NCBI RefSeq assembly: GCF_041956535.1
Contig: NW_027192208.1
Coordinates: forward strand, 382,492 to 446,491
Origin: Calcarisporiella thermophila CBS 279.70
Taxonomy: Eukaryota; Fungi; Calcarisporiellomycota
Reading direction: 5' to 3'
Length of the DNA stretch: 64,000 bases
Shown here: piece by piece, positions 61,573-64,000 of the stretch
Layout of the letters: each line of letters opens with the position of its first letter
Numbering within the stretch: position 1 is the first letter of the stretch
Notes under the pieces: model-generated
Databases searched by the model: none
The model's input: the letters and a program-made list of their open reading frames with translations, nothing else
What the model was told of the DNA's origin: nothing
Translations under genes and position numbers: made by a program

Positions 61573-62014
61573 TACCTGTCGTGAGTGCTGTGCTGTGAGC
61601 TTCTGTTTTATTATTTTTTTTGTTGCTTCTCCTTCTTGGAAGAGCCTTCACCTACATAACTGTTCTTTCGTTTTGTTTTAATATGTTCTTGTTCACAACT
61701 TTTACTCTTTACTTCCATTTCTATATTTAAATGTCTTTTTCTTTCCTGAATATAGTACATATCATGTCCGTTTTCTTCATAACCAACAATAAGAATGTCT
61801 ATTGCAATTTAAGTTTGTCTTTTATGTCCTAGCGCTCATCCAGGCTCCCCCATCAAAATGCTCCAAAAGAGACACTAAGCCACCCCTCCCCGAACCCTAA
61901 TCGCACTTTGGCCAAACTTCCTTATCCATCCCCGCTAATATAGAAGCCGCCTTTCCAGTCACGTTTCCTTTTTTTTTTTTTCACTCTCGTCGACAGCCGC
62001 AAGCATACTGGAAA

Positions 62015-64000
62015 ATGTTGCGAGCCAAAACAGTCCTTGTTCGAGCACCCAATGCAATAAGAAAGCTTTACGGTAAGAAGACCTATTCGGCCAGGTTGAC
62101 CCCGGATTTCCCATATCCTCACATGAATTTTCGCCTCTCTGCCTCTATATGGCATCGCAGTCTCACGCCGGCATGTCTCGTTCTCAAAGGCCGAAGAGGT
62201 GGAGGTTTTTGTTGATGGGAAGTCGGTCAAAATTGAGCAAGGTGCTGCAGTTATCCAGGCCTGCGAAAAAGCCGGAGTGCCCATCCCGAGATTTTGTTAT
62301 CATGGCAAGTTTTTTTTTCCTTCGGCATTGTACATGGATGGTAGTTGATGTTGCTCCTTCTATTTGACATTTTAAGAGAGACTCTCCGTGGCCGGCAATT
62401 GTCGTATGTGTCTTGTAGAAGTCGAGAAATCCCCCAAGCCCGTCGCATCTTGTGCATTTCCGGTGATGCCTGGCATGAAGATCAAGACCGACACCCCGCT
62501 GGTCCATCGCGCACGGGAGGGAGTGATGGAATTTCTGCTGGCAAATCATCCGCTTGACTGTCCTATCTGTGACCAGGGCGGGGAATGCGATCTGCAGGAT
62601 CAGTCTGTGCGCTATGGGTCCGATCGGGGAAGGTTCCGCGAAATCGTCGGGAAGCGCGCCGTGGAGGAGAAGGACTTTGGGCCATTTGTGAAGACGGTGA
62701 TGACGCGCTGCATCCACTGCACCCGCTGTGTGCGCTTTGCGAATGAGGTGGCGGGCGCGACCGAATTGGGGACGAGCGGCCGCGGAAACGACATGCAGAT
62801 CGGAACCTACGTGGAACAAGCCATTGACTCGGAGATGAGCGGGAACATCATCGACCTTTGCCCGGTGGGCGCGTTGACCTCCAAGCCCTATGCATTCACC
62901 TCTCGACCCTGGGAGCTGAACAAGACCGAGACGGTGGATGTGATGGACGCGATCGGGAGCAATATCCGGGTGGACTCTCGCGGTGTGGAGGTTATGCGGG
63001 TGGTCCCCCGCCTGAACGACGAGCTGAACGAGGAGTGGATCTCGGACAAGACGCGGTTCGCCTACGATGGCCTGAAGCGGCAGCGCCTCAACATGCCCCT
63101 TGCTCGGCAAGGCGGCCAGTTTGTGCCAGTGAGTTGGGAGCAGGCCCTCCAGCTCGCGGCGGAGAAGGCCCATGCCGCCAAGGGCAACGAAATCAAGGCA
63201 ATCGCGGGGCATCTGGCCGATGTGGAGAGCATGCTTGCGCTGAAGGATCTGCTGAATCGCCTCGGCTCGGAAAACTTGGCCCTCGATCAGCCGCTCGGGG
63301 ACAAGCCCCCCGCCCATGGCGTCGATTTCCGTAGCAACTACACCCTGAGCACCACGCTCGCGCGAGTCGAGGATGCGGACGCGGTGCTGCTGGTGGGAAC
63401 CAACCCTCGCCACGAGGGTCCCATTCTGAATGCGCGCCTTCGTAAAGGATACCTGCACACCGGCGCCGACTTGGCCCTGGTGGGGACCCCCGTCGACTTG
63501 ACCTACGAGTACGCCCATGTTGGGGAGCGCAGCCGAGCCGTGGAGGAGGTGCTTGAGGGGGGTCAGCATCCATTTTCCAAGCGACTGGCGGAGGCGACCC
63601 ATCCGATGATCATCGTGGGGAGCGGCGTGATGGAGACCCCGGACGCCCCCTATGTCCTCTCGAGGCTTGCGGAGTACGTCGATAAGCATCGAGCACGCTT
63701 CATTCGGGATGACTGGCGAGGATTTAATGTGTTCCAGCGAGCCGCGGCGCGCACGGGTGCCTATGACCTGGGCTTTGTCGCCTCGAAGGAGGCGGAGGGT
63801 GTGGACGCCAAATTTGTGTATCTGCTGAATGCGGACGAGATATCCGGCAAGGAGCTACCGAAGGAGGCCTTTGTTGTGTACCAAGGCCACCATGGCGATA
63901 CTGGGGCACAGTATGCCGACCTGATCTTTCCCGGCACCGCTTACACCGAGAAGAATGCAACCTACGTCAACACGGAGGGGCGCACCCAGCTGACCAGAGC
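62015..64000 (+). CDS. NDUFS1: NADH:ubiquinone oxidoreductase 75-kDa subunit (NDUFS1/NUAM), 3' truncated by the window edge
   Basis: Mitochondrial presequence, [66 protein letters not shown]. Confidence 0.97.

Noticed and set aside
62184-63689. 501-aa minus-strand ORF
   Set aside because: Antisense shadow of GC3-rich NDUFS1; no recognisable motifs.

Overview
Eukaryotic, intron-rich fungal DNA with short introns (mostly about 45-120 nt). The gene content (fungal CSL factors, an RNF220-like ligase, ADAM, Ecl1, Cut8/Sts1) suggests an early-diverging fungus (Mucoromycota/Zoopagomycota-like); this is inference. About 22 protein-coding genes can be reconstructed by manual splicing: fatty-acid elongase, AN1 zinc-finger AIRAP-like protein, two tandem CSL paralogs, a GPCR-like protein, secreted amidase, bZIP, CSN6, Bud14/Tea4-like SH3 protein, HAP3/NF-YB, MFS transporter, subtilisin, a 45-aa secreted micropeptide, IDO, FATP/Fat1, a secreted Cys-loop repeat protein, Zn2Cys6 TF, Cut8/Sts1, RNF220-like RING, PI31, SPT16, CWC21, ADAM, Ecl1-like and a partial NDUFS1. 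There is one canonical tRNA-Val(AAC) and a 539-nt N gap. The most unusual items are: (1) a CCA-encoding, tRNA-Leu-like RNA gene with no canonical anticodon arm, head-to-head with tRNA-Val; (2) a tandem CSL pair with clustered CSL-binding sites in its own upstream DNA; (3) a secreted micropeptide missed by the ORF track and a secreted protein with five C-x15-C repeats. Spliced gene coordinates were read by eye and may be off at minor exons.
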